Assembly (NCBI RefSeq): GCF_009914755.1
Contig: NC_060937.1
DNA: 64,000 nucleotides
Reading direction: 5' to 3' (one strand)
DNA from: the human T2T-CHM13v2.0 reference genome, Homo sapiens
Made by a program: the position numbers and the translations under genes. Below are positions 10,901-25,584 of this stretch, piece after piece. The notes below the pieces were generated by a model. It saw nothing but the letters and a program-made list of their open reading frames with translations, made no database searches and had not been told where the DNA came from. Every line of letters begins with the position of its first letter. The first letter of the stretch is position 1.

Positions 10901-12959
10901 GGGCGCGCTCCCTTTTCTTGTCTCACTCGCTCACACGCCCTCCCGTCTCCCTCCTCCTCCTCCTCCTCCGCGTGCGCGCCCCGTCGCCCCCGCCCTTCTT
11001 GGCAGGGCGCACCCACCACGGCTGCGCCCCAGGTCCTCCTCCCTCCCAGCGCCCTCTTCCCACCGCAGCAACCTCGGTGCATCTGGCTTGACTACACCCC
11101 TAAACCTCCCTAGTCCCCACAAGTAGTCTTTGGGAGATGGGGGCAGATCAGATGGTGGAAGAGAACGTGGACAGGGCTGAGTCTGAGCCAGGAAGTGTGC
11201 AAGGCACAGAGGTGATATGGCCGAGAGATGAGGCCCCCACCGTCGGGGGAGGGAAGGAGGTACCCACACTCATACCTTTTGATGTGACCTCACGGTCTGA
11301 CACCTTTCCCAGGGTATGGAAGCCAGTGGATCACCTTCTCATCCTTTTTGCCCGGGATGCACCCACGCAGTGCCTCTTCGGATGACCAACCCTCCCAAGC
11401 TATGCACTCTGGTGCCCCCCACATTGGGAAGAGCTGGATCTGTTCATGGATCCCACCCATCATCTCCACTTAACCCCAAGACATGAGTCACTCTTGGAAT
11501 AGTGACCTCTGCTTAGAGTCAAATATGTTCCAAAGGGCCCTTGAGAACTGAAGGGCCAGGTTTCACTGCTGGACACTTTGTGGCTGCCAAGGCTGGGTCT
11601 GCGGTGGAAAGCCCCATGAGCTCATGCGAGCCTCTCCTCCCAGAGGGGGAATGTTCTCCTAGCCCAGGCTGTTCACAGCTTCCTCCAGTCTTTGCACAAA
11701 AGTCCAGGGAGTGGGAGCAGCTCCCAGATTTCGGTGAAATCTTAGACTGGCTCAGTACGCAGCCTGAATTTTGATCCAGTTAATCTGACTTTCAATCCTG
11801 TCGTCCACAACCTGTGTTTGTCCCAAATACACATGAGTATACAAAATACACATAAGTATTTTTCTCTCTTCCTGAGCCTACACCTTTCAATGGAACATTA
11901 AAATTTTATTTTTCTCTTGCCCATTGATCCCAGTTATGTGTTTGACTACTTATTATTAAAAAGTTCTATTCTGAAATACTTTCCAAGTATGATGTAAATG
12001 TTAAATAATTACCATTTGTTTTAAAACACAGCTCAAATGAGATCCATGCTACATATTCCACAAGTGATGCGATATTTATTTTTGAACTATTTAATAGCCC
12101 AGAGATGAGAGTACAGTGAACTCACCAAATTAACTAAATGCAAAGTAGTAAGCCTATTCTTTCACATTCTGAGGCAAAATGAGAGCCATAGGGGTAAATT
12201 AAGAGAAAGGAAGAAGCCAAGTACATCTTCTGGAGAACAGAAATCAGAGCTTCTTTTTATCTTGCCAATGACAAATGCCAAGTGATTTCTTCCAAAATGC
12301 TAAGCCAAGAAATAAATTTCATCTCTTAACCCCTATGGATATTCTACTAGGGTCATTTCTTAAGAGCTTTAAGTAACTCACCATCATCTTACCTCTTCCT
12401 AGCTGTTGTACCTAGCACACACAGATAATGTGTTCAGAGAATCACCTTGGTGTTTGACTCTCTCAGTAGCAAAGTGCTCTCACTAGAAATAGTTGGGCAT
12501 CATTAGCTCTTTAAGGAAACCAGGGGGCAACTGATAATTAAGTAGATGAAGACATTAAATAGTATACATTGGCCCTACAGTATGGTCATATCATTTAGTC
12601 CAGGACAGCAGGCTGGTACTAAAGTTCATTCCAGGGCAGCTTAAGCATTTGGCAAATCTAATTTATATTCAACAATAATTCCTTATTGAAATGAAATCTA
12701 ACTAGAAAACTCCTAATTCAAGTAATTTTCAAAAACGAATGCTACTTCCTTTATATTACTAAGATATTGATCAAAGAAGTGAATGGAACTAATACATCCT
12801 TTCCCCCAGGATCATCTGAAAGTATTGGAGATCTCATTCTAGCTCCCAAAAGCAAATGCTATTTAAGCTGTACCCCAACTACCGCCCCAAGCAGACACAG
12901 CTCTATATCCTACAGGTTGAAAATGACTAGGCCCCAACTCTCTCAGTGGCTCCCATTAA

Positions 12960-13140
12960 TTTAGTGCTTGCTTTTTGCCATGCTGGGGGCTTTCATACAT
13001 TTTCTTACTTCATTCTCATAAGAACCATGCAAGGTAGGCATTGGCATTATTATCCTCATCTTACAGATGAAGGAATTTAGACATAGAGAGGTTACATCAT
13101 TTGCCCACAGTCATGTAGCTTAAAAATGTCAAGCCCAACT
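12960..13140 (-). mobile_element. MIR
   Basis: attattatcctcatcttacagatgaagg...gagaggttacatcatttgccc. Confidence 0.7.
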
Positions 13141-14659
13141 TCAATATTTAAAATCGGTATGTTTTAAAATTCAAGTCAGTTTTTCAATTGCTAAGGCCAT
13201 ATGCTTATAAAGCAATACCAAATTCTAGTGCAAAGTGTAATCTTTTTTGGAAAATGCAGTCTTTTAATCAAAGAGCTTATTACTTCATAACAGAGAGTTA
13301 ACTCCTTGCTATCATGAACACTGCTTCTTTTAGTGATGGATCCCCTCAATTGTGTCTTTGGACTAAACTTCTCATGAGGACATTTGCACTTTAACCTCTG
13401 GCAACGAAAAGGATGGATAATCTTATCTAAGTGTGCTTGTCTTCCTGAATGTAAGGTTTTAGTGCAAACCAGGAAAGAGACAGAGAACCATTATTCTTCG
13501 GAATAATACTTTATAATTCACCATGTATCTTTTTTCAGGTTCTTTTCATTGGCTTCTTCATAAACAATATGCTTAATCATGTAGATGCGAGTAGAACTGT
13601 AGAATGAGAATATGAGCAGGAAGAGATACACTTCCTGTTTTTCCCTCTAGGAGGGAGAATTTGCTCTGGCTCATTCATAATCTCTCCTCTGTGGCTATGG
13701 GCATATAGTGCTCCTGGGTTGGGAGACTGTGTATATGTAGTGGCTGCCACAATTGTGAGAAGCAGCTTTACAGAACATAATCGTCAGTCTGATTTTCCTT
13801 TGTATTTCTTTTCTTCTGAAGGCTCTTTATGGCATTTCCTGATAGTTTATCTAATTCCCTCTAATTACAGAGAACATACTTCTGGCTTCTACTAGAATCA
13901 CAGAAACTCGGTGATGTCAGACCTTGGCAGAAGCCTATCAATTTTTACCCAGTGCATGAATTCCCTCCACAACAAGTTGTCTTCCAGCCTCCATTCTGTT
14001 GCGTCTGTGGCAAAAGTGAAGAGGAATAAGATTATCCCTTTGAGTGTTAGGATAGATCATGGAATTCTAGACACAGTAAATGAGATCTTTAAAAATAATT
14101 GTTTTAACTGGCTGTTTACCTTTGGTTTGGCCCTCCAAACATGCTGAGGTCCAAACTACATGAGATTCTGGACCTACACAGAGGAAGAAAGGCTCCTACT
14201 ACTCTCATAGAACCTCTATAAACTAGCAGAGAGCTTCTGAAAGCTCTTTTCTTCGTTTCCTGCCTAAATGTAATTTGCTTTAGTAAAGGGGAACTCTGCA
14301 CAGCCCACTCCCCTGCTGGACAGCTCCTCAAATTCAACTAAGATCCACTTCCCTGGAATTTTCCTGTGCACCCTGGGTCTACCCTTTAGACCTGTGGAGA
14401 ACAAATCAAATGGTCCTGGCTTTTGCTTGACAGTCTCATTACTTTCTCCCAAATTTGACTCCTCATTAACTAGGAATACTCAGCCCTTCAACTGCTTCTC
14501 ATTTGACATCTTTGGAAATGCTCACAGCAGTGCAACTGTCAGTGTCTCCCTCCACATCTGCCTCCCGGAACTGGGCATGGCACAGCAGGGGTGGTCTGAC
14601 TAGGGAAGCTCCATGACTTCATTGGCTGTTGACACGGTGCTTCCATTATAGGAAGCTAA

Positions 14660-15075
14660 CGTCTAATCAATGTCTCTGACAGGCATGCCATGCTATTGAC
14701 TCATCCAGTCAATAAAAATCTCCATGCTTTTCACATGTTTTGCTCTTAAGACCACTCATTCTGCATTTGTTTAATTAGATTTGGGGGACCTAAGTCCAGT
14801 GCCCACTTGGAATTTTCCTTTATTAACCTTGCGTATTGTTATTTGCTCCCCCATTGAAACCTGTTGAGTGAGATCCTTTTGGATCCTAATGAGGGTGCAT
14901 TATACTTGAATGATCCCTCCAGCATCCTATCAGTCTGATTAACACTGCACCAACATCATCATCTCAGTTGTTGATAAAAGCTTTCAACAGAACATGGTCA
15001 CAGCAGGCTCCATCACCTTACTGCCCACGGTCTCTCTCCAGGTTGATGGCTGATGGCCAATGACTCTCTCAACGT
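14660..15075 (-). mobile_element. L3/CR1 ancient LINE fragment
   Basis: gttgataaaagctttcaacagaacatgg...ctctccaggttga resembles the reverse complement of the CR1/L3 RT region. Confidence 0.55.
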
Positions 15076-15221
15076 ACTCAAGTAATTAGAGGTTAACATG
15101 TTCTCTCCAGAAAATAATTATCTAGAGATCCAGTGATAGGAAAATTCACATTTTTATATGAAGGATTATATCCTTGACTTCAATGCCATTTTGAGGTCAT
15201 GAGTTTTACAGACCACATAAT

Positions 15222-15745
15222 TTTTCATTCATTCATCCATTCATCTAATAAGTAATTTTTGAGTGTCTCCAATGTGCCAGGCACCATGCTAGGTAGAAGT
15301 AATACAATCATGAGATAGAGTTACAAATATCCTGTGCCCAGGCATTGGTAGCTTGTAGGGAGATTGGATTAAACCCATACTTACACAAACAATTATTTAA
15401 GTACCATGAAGGAAAAGAACACAAATAACTTCAAGGAGAGTGTTTCTTCCCCGAGGAAGTAACATTTAAGCAGAGACCTGAAATTTGCCAGGCAACAAGG
15501 GGGAAGGGCATTATTCCAAGGAGAAGAAATAGCTGAGTGAAGACTTTGAGTGGGAAGCAGCTTGTTCAAGGAAGAAGAGGTGGGCAGAGTGGCTGGGGCA
15601 CAGGCAGACAGAGTGGAGAGAGGCAGCTGCAAGAGTGGGCAGGGGACAGCACCCCACATCCTGAGGGCCTTATTAAGGAATGTGGACTTGTCCTAAAGAA
15701 AAGGAAAATCACTGAAGGATTTTAAGCAGAGAAGTGAATCTGAAC
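15222..15745 (-). mobile_element. L2 3' end
   Basis: ttcattcattcatccattcat...tgtgccaggcaccatgctagg...gaaggattttaagcag. Confidence 0.8.
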
Positions 15746-15997
15746 TTAGTAAAGTATTCAAATCTGCAGAGTTCTTTAAGTCCATAGATTAAATATGGCA
15801 TCTCCAAGTGAAAAATAAAATTATGTAAAATTACAGGTTATTCTTGATACAAGGATTTCAGAAAAATAAGAATGTATACTTACTTATACATTCTATCACT
15901 GCCCCAAGGAATGGAGTAATTACCCCAAAATTATGAAAATTTTACTTAAGGATCCTAAAATTAATCTCAAAAATAGTCACCTTTGCTAAAATACATC

Positions 15998-16300
<303 letters not shown>

Positions 16301-19300
16301 TAAAATGCTTTCAAATAGAATTTTATTTAGCCACACTCTTTGTTCCAGAAATTTTTTAGAAACAAATAATTTACTTTTTATATTTATTAATGTATACTTA
16401 TATTAAAATACTGTATGCTACTCTGTTAATTATATTTTATATAATTATATTTTCTGAGAACTCTCACTGATTCTATAGAATACAAATATTTAAGAAGTCA
16501 CAATAGTTATGTAAGTCTTCTAAGCATGTAGCAGACCTCACCTGAAACACCTGGGATTTTTTAAATTAGGGGCTTAGACAATAGTGTTTGTCCTTTTATA
16601 AAATACGCCTGTAGACTGAATAATTTCATAAGTAAAGTCAAAGAGTCATTGGCAAGTTTTTAATGTATCCCAAGGAGTCTTTTAAAATTTAATTTAATTT
16701 GTAGAAGTGGATTTTTAAAGGTATCTTTTAAACAAAGAGAAAACGTACTACATTTCTGCTGTTGATAATCTTTTAAGTGAAAAAAATCAAAATATTTTTG
16801 GTACATATATATTCTAAACTTTTTCATGTATATGTATATATACCAAAAGTGTAGCTTTAAACAGAAAAATGTAGGATGCTAACAGATGTAATGTATTGTA
16901 TTATAACTTCTTTCATTTAACAATTAACTCAAATGTACCATAAATCTAAATGCAAAAACTGACACAATAAAATTTCTAGAATAAAATATGGGAAAAACAT
17001 CTTTGTGACCTTTGGCTATACAAAGGTTACTTAGAGAAGACCCAAAAACATGAAACATAAGTAAGAATTAGCTAAGATGGCTTTTATGAAATTAAAAAAC
17101 TTTTGCTCTTCAAAAGACACTGTTAAGAAAATGAAAAGGCAAGCCACAAAGTAGCAAAAAAAATTTGCAAAATATATATCTGATAAAGATCTTGCATCCA
17201 GAATAAAGATCTCTTACAGCTCAACAGGGAACAGAACAAAAAAAGGGGTAGAAAGGCAAAAGATTTGCATAGACACATCACCAAAGAACACATAAGAATG
17301 CCCAACATCTTTAGTCTTTAGGGAAATGCAAACCCAAACCACAATGAGATGCCATTGCACACCCAACAGAATAACTAAAAATAAAAAGACTGATGATACC
17401 AAGTGTTGGGGAGGAGGTTGAGCAGCTAAAGCTCTTCATCATCCCTATTTGGAATATAAAATGATATGATTATTTTGAAAAATAATTTGCCAGTTTTTTT
17501 TGTACCTACTCTATGACCCATCAATCCCATACCGAGATATATACCCAAGAAAAAGAAAAATATGTTTACGGAGACTTGTATTTAAACTTTTTTACCAGTT
17601 TTATTCATATTAGGTAAAACAACAACTGAAATAAATATTTACTGGTGAATGGATAAACAAACTGTGGAATATGCATACAGCTATTTAAAAAGTGGAACTG
17701 CTGATACACACAACATGGGATCTCAAGGTATTATGTTCAGTGAAAAAAGACAGGCACAAATGACTACATGCTGCATAATTTCATTTATATGAAATTCCAG
17801 AAAAGGCAAGAAAACCAGATCAGTGGTCACAGGGCTAGAGGTGGGAAAAGATTGGTTACAAAGAAGCATAGGTAAAATATGTGGGATAATGAAACTTCTA
17901 TATCATCATTGTGGTGATGGTTACATACAGGTACCTATTTGTCAAAATCTACCACATTGTACACTTAAAACAGGTCAATTTTATTGTATGTAAATTACAG
18001 CTCAATGAAACTGATAAAAATGTCCATACACCAAATGCAAAGTCAAAAAACAAATGATAGGCTGGAAAAAATATTTGAAATATATATGACAGACAAAGAT
18101 TACTCTTTCTAACTTACAAAAAGCCATAGAAATTTATAGGTAAACATCAAGCAATCTGATAGAAAAATGAATAAAGTGTATGCAGTTTTCCACTTTAGAG
18201 TTGATGCAAATGGGTATTAATCATATGGAAGGATGCTCAACCTTATTGAAAATTCAGGTTGAAGTAAACAAGGCAAACATGAGATGCATTTCCCCTCATC
18301 AGCCTGGCATCTATTAGAAAGACTGATAAAATATATTGTTGGCTAAAATATGGAGGAAAGGACACTCTTATACAACAGCTATAATTTTTTTGGAAAGCAA
18401 ATCGCAAACAGCCTTTGATCCAGCAAGATCTATTCTACAAAAATAAAAGCACCAGTACAAATAAAATTGTGTCTAGAATGTTCATTGCTGATCTTTCCCT
18501 ACCATCAATGGTAAAATTCTGGCAGGAAAACTACTGTTTATAAATAGAGAAATGGCTGAATAAATTGGAGCACATATATACATACTACAGAATAACATGC
18601 TTCTATTAATAACATACGAGTTAGGCTACATATATTGACGTGGAGGAATATGATATGCTGTTATATGAAAAGGCAAGTGGCAGAAATATTTATAGTATCA
18701 TCTCATTATTTGGTAATGAAGAGAAAGAAAGAGAATCTGTATTGTGTATCTGTTGGCATATAATTGTATGAGCTTACAGAGCTAAGGATAAACATGCATC
18801 CAAAAGTGTAAATATTGGCTGCTAAGGAGCCAATAGTGGGGGAGACAGATTGTTGCCGTTTTCTTTGTGTATCTCTATGTTAATGCCCTATCACATGAAC
18901 ACTTTCTGGTTTTGTAGTTTGAAAAGAAAATAGTTTGAAAAACTGCACAAAGAATGAAGCATATTCCCCTCCCACTGCCCCCCACCCAGTGCTCAGAACT
19001 TTCACAACACTAACCTAGTACGCATGGATGTGACACCAAACTCTGAAAAACTCTCCTACCCTTCTTAGTTCTAATAAAATGTGAGGCCAAATGATAGAAT
19101 ATATTGTTTTTATAAAAATCAGTGGGTGTGGTTCAAGTAACAAATACACACACAAAGGGAAAAAGAACTCAAATTGGCTTTACCCTGAGAGCACTGAGCT
19201 TTAGTTTTCATAGCCTCCCAATGCAGGAAGATTGGAGACAAAACCTAGAATATGCTTATCATGAAATGCTGAAAAGGAAACCCCATACACTGTCAGAGAA

Positions 19301-20295
19301 AGGGTGCCTATCTCGACATTTTGTTTTAGGTTAAGGAGGAAAATATTCCCTAAGAATTTAGGTATACACTCTGGGCCTCATGTAGGTTTGCAGCCTAAAT
19401 TCATATACTCCTGGTGACCTAAAAAGCCTTGAAGCTCTCAATTCAGTTTAAAATGGTTTTCAGGCATTTAGGAAAAGTGAACAAAGTCCTCACTGAAGAA
19501 ATACATCTTCAAGCCAAGTCTCAAAAAATTCCTACTAATATACTTCTAAAGATTATAGGCTAATGGTGAAGAAAAGAAAGGAGGAATGGGGGAGAGGAAG
19601 AAGTAGAAGGGGGAGGAGGAAACACTTAATAGATTAATAAAGAAAGCAACATGAGTATGAGCTAGAAAAAAGTAAAAAATAGAGTCAGAATTAAAATGAC
19701 TTCTGATAATGGTATTATCAGACATGGGATATAAAAATATATGCATGTATGTAGTATGTTTAAAGTAATAGAAGAGAGGATAAAGATTTCAAGCCAAGAG
19801 CAAGGGATTTTTAAAAAGATCAATAATATTTGGAAAAAAGTATCAAAAAGAACTTGTAAAAATTAAAGAAAACAACTGAAATTAAAATTTAAACAATGGC
19901 TTTTTCAGCAGATTTGATATAGCCGAAGAAAGATTTAGTAAACTGGAAATTAGATTTAAAGAATGAATCCATAATGCAACACAGAGAGACAAAGAAATGA
20001 AAGATACTGAATAATAGTTAGGAGTCATAAATAACAAAGTAAAAAGTTCAAAAATATGTCTAGAGTCCCAGAAAAAGAAAGAGAGAGAAAATGGGTGACA
20101 GAATACTTGAAGAAGAAATGGCTGAGCATTCTTAAAGAACTGATGAGAAATATTAAGCCCCAGATTTATGAAGTCTAAGAAAATCAAAATTTTATCAAAA
20201 AATTTTAAAAATAAAATTGACATATATACTATTAGAGTGAAACTGAAGAGCACAAAACCTGAAGAATAAGATTTTTTTAAAAAAGGACCAATTAT

Positions 20296-20935
20296 AGTTG
20301 GTGCTCATTATTCACAGATTCAATATTTGAAAATTTGCCTACTTGCTAAAATTTATTAGTAACCCCAAAATCCATTCTTGCAGCACTTTCATGGTTATTC
20401 AGGGAGATGCACAATGTGGCAAAATATCTGAGTTATCTCATACATACTTTCTAGCCAAGATCAAACAACACAACCCTCTGCCTTCTTTTATTAGCTCTTA
20501 TACTATAAACATTTGTCTTTTTCACAGTCTATTTAGTGGCATATTTTTCGATTTCTGTGCTTTTTGTTGGTGATTTTGTGGTTTAAAATTCTCCTCAAGC
20601 ATAGTGCTAAAATACTGTTAGTGGTCCTAAGAACAAGAAGACTATGATGTGTCTTTGGGGGAAAATACACATGTTACAGAAGCTGCATTCAGATATGAGT
20701 ACAGTGCTGTGGTCTGCAAGTTCAATGTTAATTAATCAACAATATAGATTAAATAAGGTGTTTTTAAACAGAAACACATACAAAACAAGGTTATGTGTTG
20801 ATAAGCTAATGAAAATGTTGTGACCACATGCTCATGGAACCTCACCTTTTATTTTCTCTAGGAGCAGTGGTTCAATATTTAATAATTCAGTGTTAACAGT
20901 GAGTTTCTAGAACACAATTACTGCAAATAATGAAC
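20296..20935 (+). mobile_element. MER82-like Tigger MITE
   Basis: Begins tagttggtgctcattattcacagattc...ctaaaatttattagtaaccccaaaatc and ends actgcaaataatga, forming an imperfect inverted terminal pair. Confidence 0.7.
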
Positions 20936-21886
20936 CTAGGAGGAATAAAATGGAAACCAGAGAACAGTAGAATGATATCTTCAACATGCAAAAAGAAAAT
21001 AATTATCAACATAGAATTATGTACCAAAGAAAATCATTCTCAAGAATAAGGGTGACAAAAAGATATTCTTCAGAGGAACTACAACTAAAAATGTTTACTT
21101 TCCATAAATTCTCACTAAAATTCTTTAAAATGTATTTCTAGAATAAGCAAATTTTAATTGATAAGTATAGGGTATATAATTTCCAAAATAATACAGAAAA
21201 ATAATATAATTTTTAAAATTAATGTAAAATAAGATATGAAAGGAAAGTGAAAGAAACATAGAACAAGAGGAACAATTATAAAGCAGAAAATAAGATGCTG
21301 AAAATAACCCAAATATTTTAGTAATTACAAAAATATAACTATGCTAAAAACTCCATTTAAGAGGCCAAATTGCTAGACTGGAATTTTTAGATCTAGCTCT
21401 ATGCTGTTGATAAGAGACACATCTAAAATATAACAAGACAATAACATTTAAAATATAAAGAAGGAAAAAATAACATACAAATACTAACAAAGTTCAAATA
21501 AGTATATTAAGGTAAAAATTTCTAGGCTTACATAATGATAAAAAAGTCAATTGATCAAGAACATACAATCTATTTCTACCCACCAGCACAAAATAATATG
21601 ACCTTAATAATATGAAGCAAGAATTGACAGAATTATAAAAAGAAAATAGAAAAAAATCAACAAATTTCCAAATATTGATTCATACAGTCAATATTCTTCC
21701 CTACAATGCAATTAAGTAGGAAATGAGTAATTTAAGGAAAAAAAATTAAATGTATATATTTAAAGTATTTGAAATATTCTTTTAGTTGTACATTGTTCAA
21801 AGGAGAAATCATAATGGCCTTTAGAAAATACTTTAGAAAACCAATGAACTAAGCATCTAACTTCAGAAGTTAGAAAGAAAACAACA

Positions 21887-22188
21887 GGCTGGGCACGGTA
21901 GCTCACATCTGTAATCCCAGCACTTTGGGAGGCTGAAGCAGGCGGATCATGAGGTCAGGAGATCGAGACCATCCTGGTTAACACGGTGGAACATCATCTC
22001 TGCTAAAAAATACAAAAAAATTAGCCGGACGTGGTGGTGGACGCCTGTAGTCCCAGCTACTCGGCAGGCTGAGGCAGGATAATGGAGTGAACCGGGAGGT
22101 GGAGCTTGCAGTGAGCCAAGACTGTGCCACTGCACTCCAGCCTGGGCGACAGAGTGAGACCCTGTCTCAAAAAAAAAAAAAAAAAAAA
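21887..22188 (+). mobile_element. AluY/AluSc-type element
   Basis: ggatcatgaggtcaggagatcgagaccatcctgg and ggagcttgcagtgagcc diagnostics; A20 tail. Confidence 0.93.
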
Positions 22189-22249
22189 CAGAATAAAGCC
22201 ATAATAAGATTTATAAAAAGACAAATATAAGGGACTACTGGCAGAAAAC

Positions 22250-22725
22250 ATGCTATGATAGCCCTCAAGATTTCTGCATCCTTGAGCACACAACCAGCAT
22301 AATCTCTTTCTGTTGACTGTGGATGCACCTGACTTAATTAGGTGAGCCCTTTAAAAGAGGGTTTAGAGGTCAGAGACAGAGGTCTGAGAAATTCAAAGGT
22401 TCAGCAGGTGCTCTTCTTCTGTCCTGGAGGTATGCAAATAGCCATGTTGTAAACTGCCTGCTGGGGCCACATGGCAAAGAATTGTGTTTAGCTGTAGAAG
22501 TTAAGGAGCCAACAAGCAAATGGGGAATTCAGCCATATAACTATAAGGAAATGAATTCTGCCAAAACCAGTGAGCTTGGAAGAAGAGCTCATGCCTTATC
22601 ATAGCCCCAGCCCCACCTTGAGAAGAGCATACAGCTAACCATACCCAGACATAAAACAATAAATCAGTTTTGTTTCAGATAGTCAGTTTGCAGCCATTTG
22701 TCATACAGCAATAAAAAATTAATAG
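22250..22725 (+). mobile_element. MLT1-type MaLR LTR
   Basis: gccatgttgtaaactgcct...aaggaaatgaattctgccaaaacc...tttgtcatacagcaata. Confidence 0.7.
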
Positions 22726-25584
22726 AGTTGATTTAATGTTTTAGAAAACAAATACACAATATAGAGAATCATCAAAGACAAAAGCTGGTTCCTTAAAAAC
22801 TCAAATAAAATAGATCAAACTTTGGAAAGATAAAGTAAGAATAAAATAAAGAAGGTGAAAGTGAATAATATTAAGAATAAAAAAGTAGATCTAACTGTGC
22901 ATGCTTCAGTTATTTGAAAGATAATAAGAGTTTATGACAACACATTTTAAAACTTAGATGAAATAGTCTTCAAAAATATAACTTACCAAAACTGACTTGA
23001 AAAGAAATATAGGATCAGAATTTAAATCTTCCCATAATGAAAACAACAGGCCCACAGAAAAAAAAAAAACAGGTGAGTTCTGCCAAATATTGAAGGAACA
23101 AATAATTTCCATCCTGCAAAAATTATTCTTAAGTATAAGTAAAGAGAACATTCCCCTCAATTTATTTTAAGAGACTAGCAAAAGCATGATACCAAAATCT
23201 AACAAGAACAGTTTTTTTTTAAAAAGACCATTATAACTCAATCTCATCTACAAAAATAGATGCAAACATTGTCAAGACAAACTAGAGATATAAAAAATAA
23301 AACACATCTTGAGCTAGTAGAGTTTATCCAAGGAATGAAAGATTGGCTTAACAAAAGAAAATCAGCCGACGTTACTCATCACTAAAATAGCTTAAGGGAG
23401 AAAAATCATGTGATAATCTCAACAGATATAGAAAAGTATTAAATAAAAATTCACCATGCATTCATGATTAAAAAAATCTTGGCAATAGAAGGGAAGTCCT
23501 AAAATAGCAGCCCCCAGATCTACTGCAGTCATCCTGCTGACTGAAGAAATACTGAAGTATTTTCTTTAAATTAGGGAGATGATAAGGATGCTTATTGTTA
23601 CACTGCTGTTCAAACATAGCAAGGAAAGATAAAGAAATAAAAAGTACAAGGATTAGAAAGTCATTCTTAGATAATATGACCATCTGAATAGAAAATTCAA
23701 GTAAATTTAATGACAAATTGTTAGAATCAATGAGAAAAATCAGTAAGGTTGATATAAAATGAATATACAAATATTAGTTACATTTCTATATACCAGCAAA
23801 ACAGCTAAAAAATATAATTTAAATGATATCACTTGTCATAGCACCAAAATACAAAGTATCAAGGAATATAAGCCTTTGAAAAGGTGTGTAAGATCTTCAT
23901 GAAAAAATTATAAAATTATATTGAAACATATTAAAACAAACTTAAAATAGATGGTCAGATATACCATGTTCATGGATTGATTTAATCAAATAATAAAAAT
24001 ATAAATTTTCCTCAGATTGATCTATTGATTTAGTGTGATTGCAGTAAAAATGCCAACCATATTTTTGCTTGTGTTTTAATTTTTTGTGAAGTGTGACAAG
24101 CTTATTCTAAAATTTTTTTGGAAAGCAAGAAGCAAAGAATAAATAACCAAAACTCGATTGAAGAAAAGAACAAGGTAGAGAGACTTGCCTTATCAGACAA
24201 GGTTATATTATTTAAGACATTGTAGTATTGGTGCAAGAATGAACAAATAGAAAAATGGAATAGAACAGACAGCCCAAGAACAGAACACCATGCATATGAA
24301 AAGTTGTTTTGTGACTGAGTGGGCACTGCAGACCAGAAGGGACAAGAAGGATTTTTTAAGTAAATGAATCAGTTACCTCAATGGGGAAAAATAAAATAAA
24401 ATTAAGACCCTAGAGCATATCATACTCAAGAAGCAGTTCCAAGTGGATTAAAGACTTTCATGTGAACAGAAAAATAGTAAATAAATTTGTAGAAGAATAT
24501 GTATTTTTTCAACGTTAGGATAAGAGAGTATTCCTTTAAAAGATACAGAAAATGCAAAGAATAAAGGAAAAGATGAATAACTCATACTACATTAAGAATT
24601 TATATTTACTGAAAGATATAAAGACAGTTAAAAGATAAGCCATAAACTATAAGTTGACACAATTTGCAACCCATATAATTGATAAAGGATTAATATACAA
24701 TTTATAAACAGCCTCTATACTAAAAATTAAAACATCTCAGTAGAAAATAGGCAAAAATACCTGAACAGGCATTTTACAGAAGAATGAACATGGTCAACAA
24801 ACGTGAACAAAAGCTCAATCCCCTTAGTAGTCACAGAAAGTCAAATTAAAATCACAAAATACCATTTTACACATACTACACTGGCAAACTGAAAATGTGT
24901 GACAATATATCATAGACTAGATAGCATGAGGAATTTTTTAATTAAAAAAATGAAAATGTGTGACAATGTAAAGTGTGACGAGATTGTGGAGAAACCAGAA
25001 ATCTTATACAGTGCTGTAAGAGGTGTATGTTGGTATAATCACATTATAAAACTGTCAGGTATTATGTAGTAAAATTGAAAATAAGCAAATTCTATGTACC
25101 AGCATACCTACCTCTAAACAGATAGAAGGGAAATTGTTGCACATGTACTCCAAATGACAGGTAGAAGAGTGCTCCTGGAAGCCCTATCTATAGCAGAAAA
25201 AATATAAAAATATAAATAATCCAAGTGGACATCAACACAAAAGTAGATAAATCACATGTGATATATTTTTGTAATGGCAAACTATACTGCAGTGAAAATG
25301 TATGAAATACAGTTACTTATATTTGTTTACATGATTCACACAAACCGTGTGTTGAGCACAAATGCAAAACAGTTTCCATTTGTTTAACTGCTATGTATTT
25401 AGTAAACTAGGATTAAGGTTTGAGTTAAATGTCAAGTATGCAGTAAATGTAAACTGTATAAACATACAGTATTGGAATGATACGTTTAAATACCTGTTTC
25501 CTGAATTAGACTGTGAAGTATTCTAGGATAGGCATTTATCTTCCTCAACTTTGTTTTCCCAGTATTTAGCACAGGCAATGTATA

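Larger units (their letters stand above)
10230..11090. promoter_or_regulatory. CpG island / DCLK1 upstream (long-isoform) promoter
   Basis: Very high GC with dense CpGs, multiple GC boxes, (GGC)7 and (CCT)n tracts; about 5 kb upstream of the first coding exon. Confidence 0.92.
16920..25360 (+). mobile_element. Block of old L1M fragments with nested insertions
   Basis: A-rich plus strand with repeated L1 ORF2 and 3' UTR motifs (gggaaatgcaaacccaaaccacaatgaga, aatagaaaaatggaatagaacagacagccc); interrupted by MER82, Alu and MLT elements. Confidence 0.8.

Noticed and set aside
9761-11385. Many overlapping 70-180 aa ORFs
   Set aside because: Expected in a GC-rich CpG island with few stops; low-complexity Arg/Gly/Pro/Ala translations.
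12517-12530. CTCF-like AAACCAGGGGGCAA upstream of DCLK1
   Set aside because: Lacks the conserved leading CC of the core; unsupported without ChIP data.
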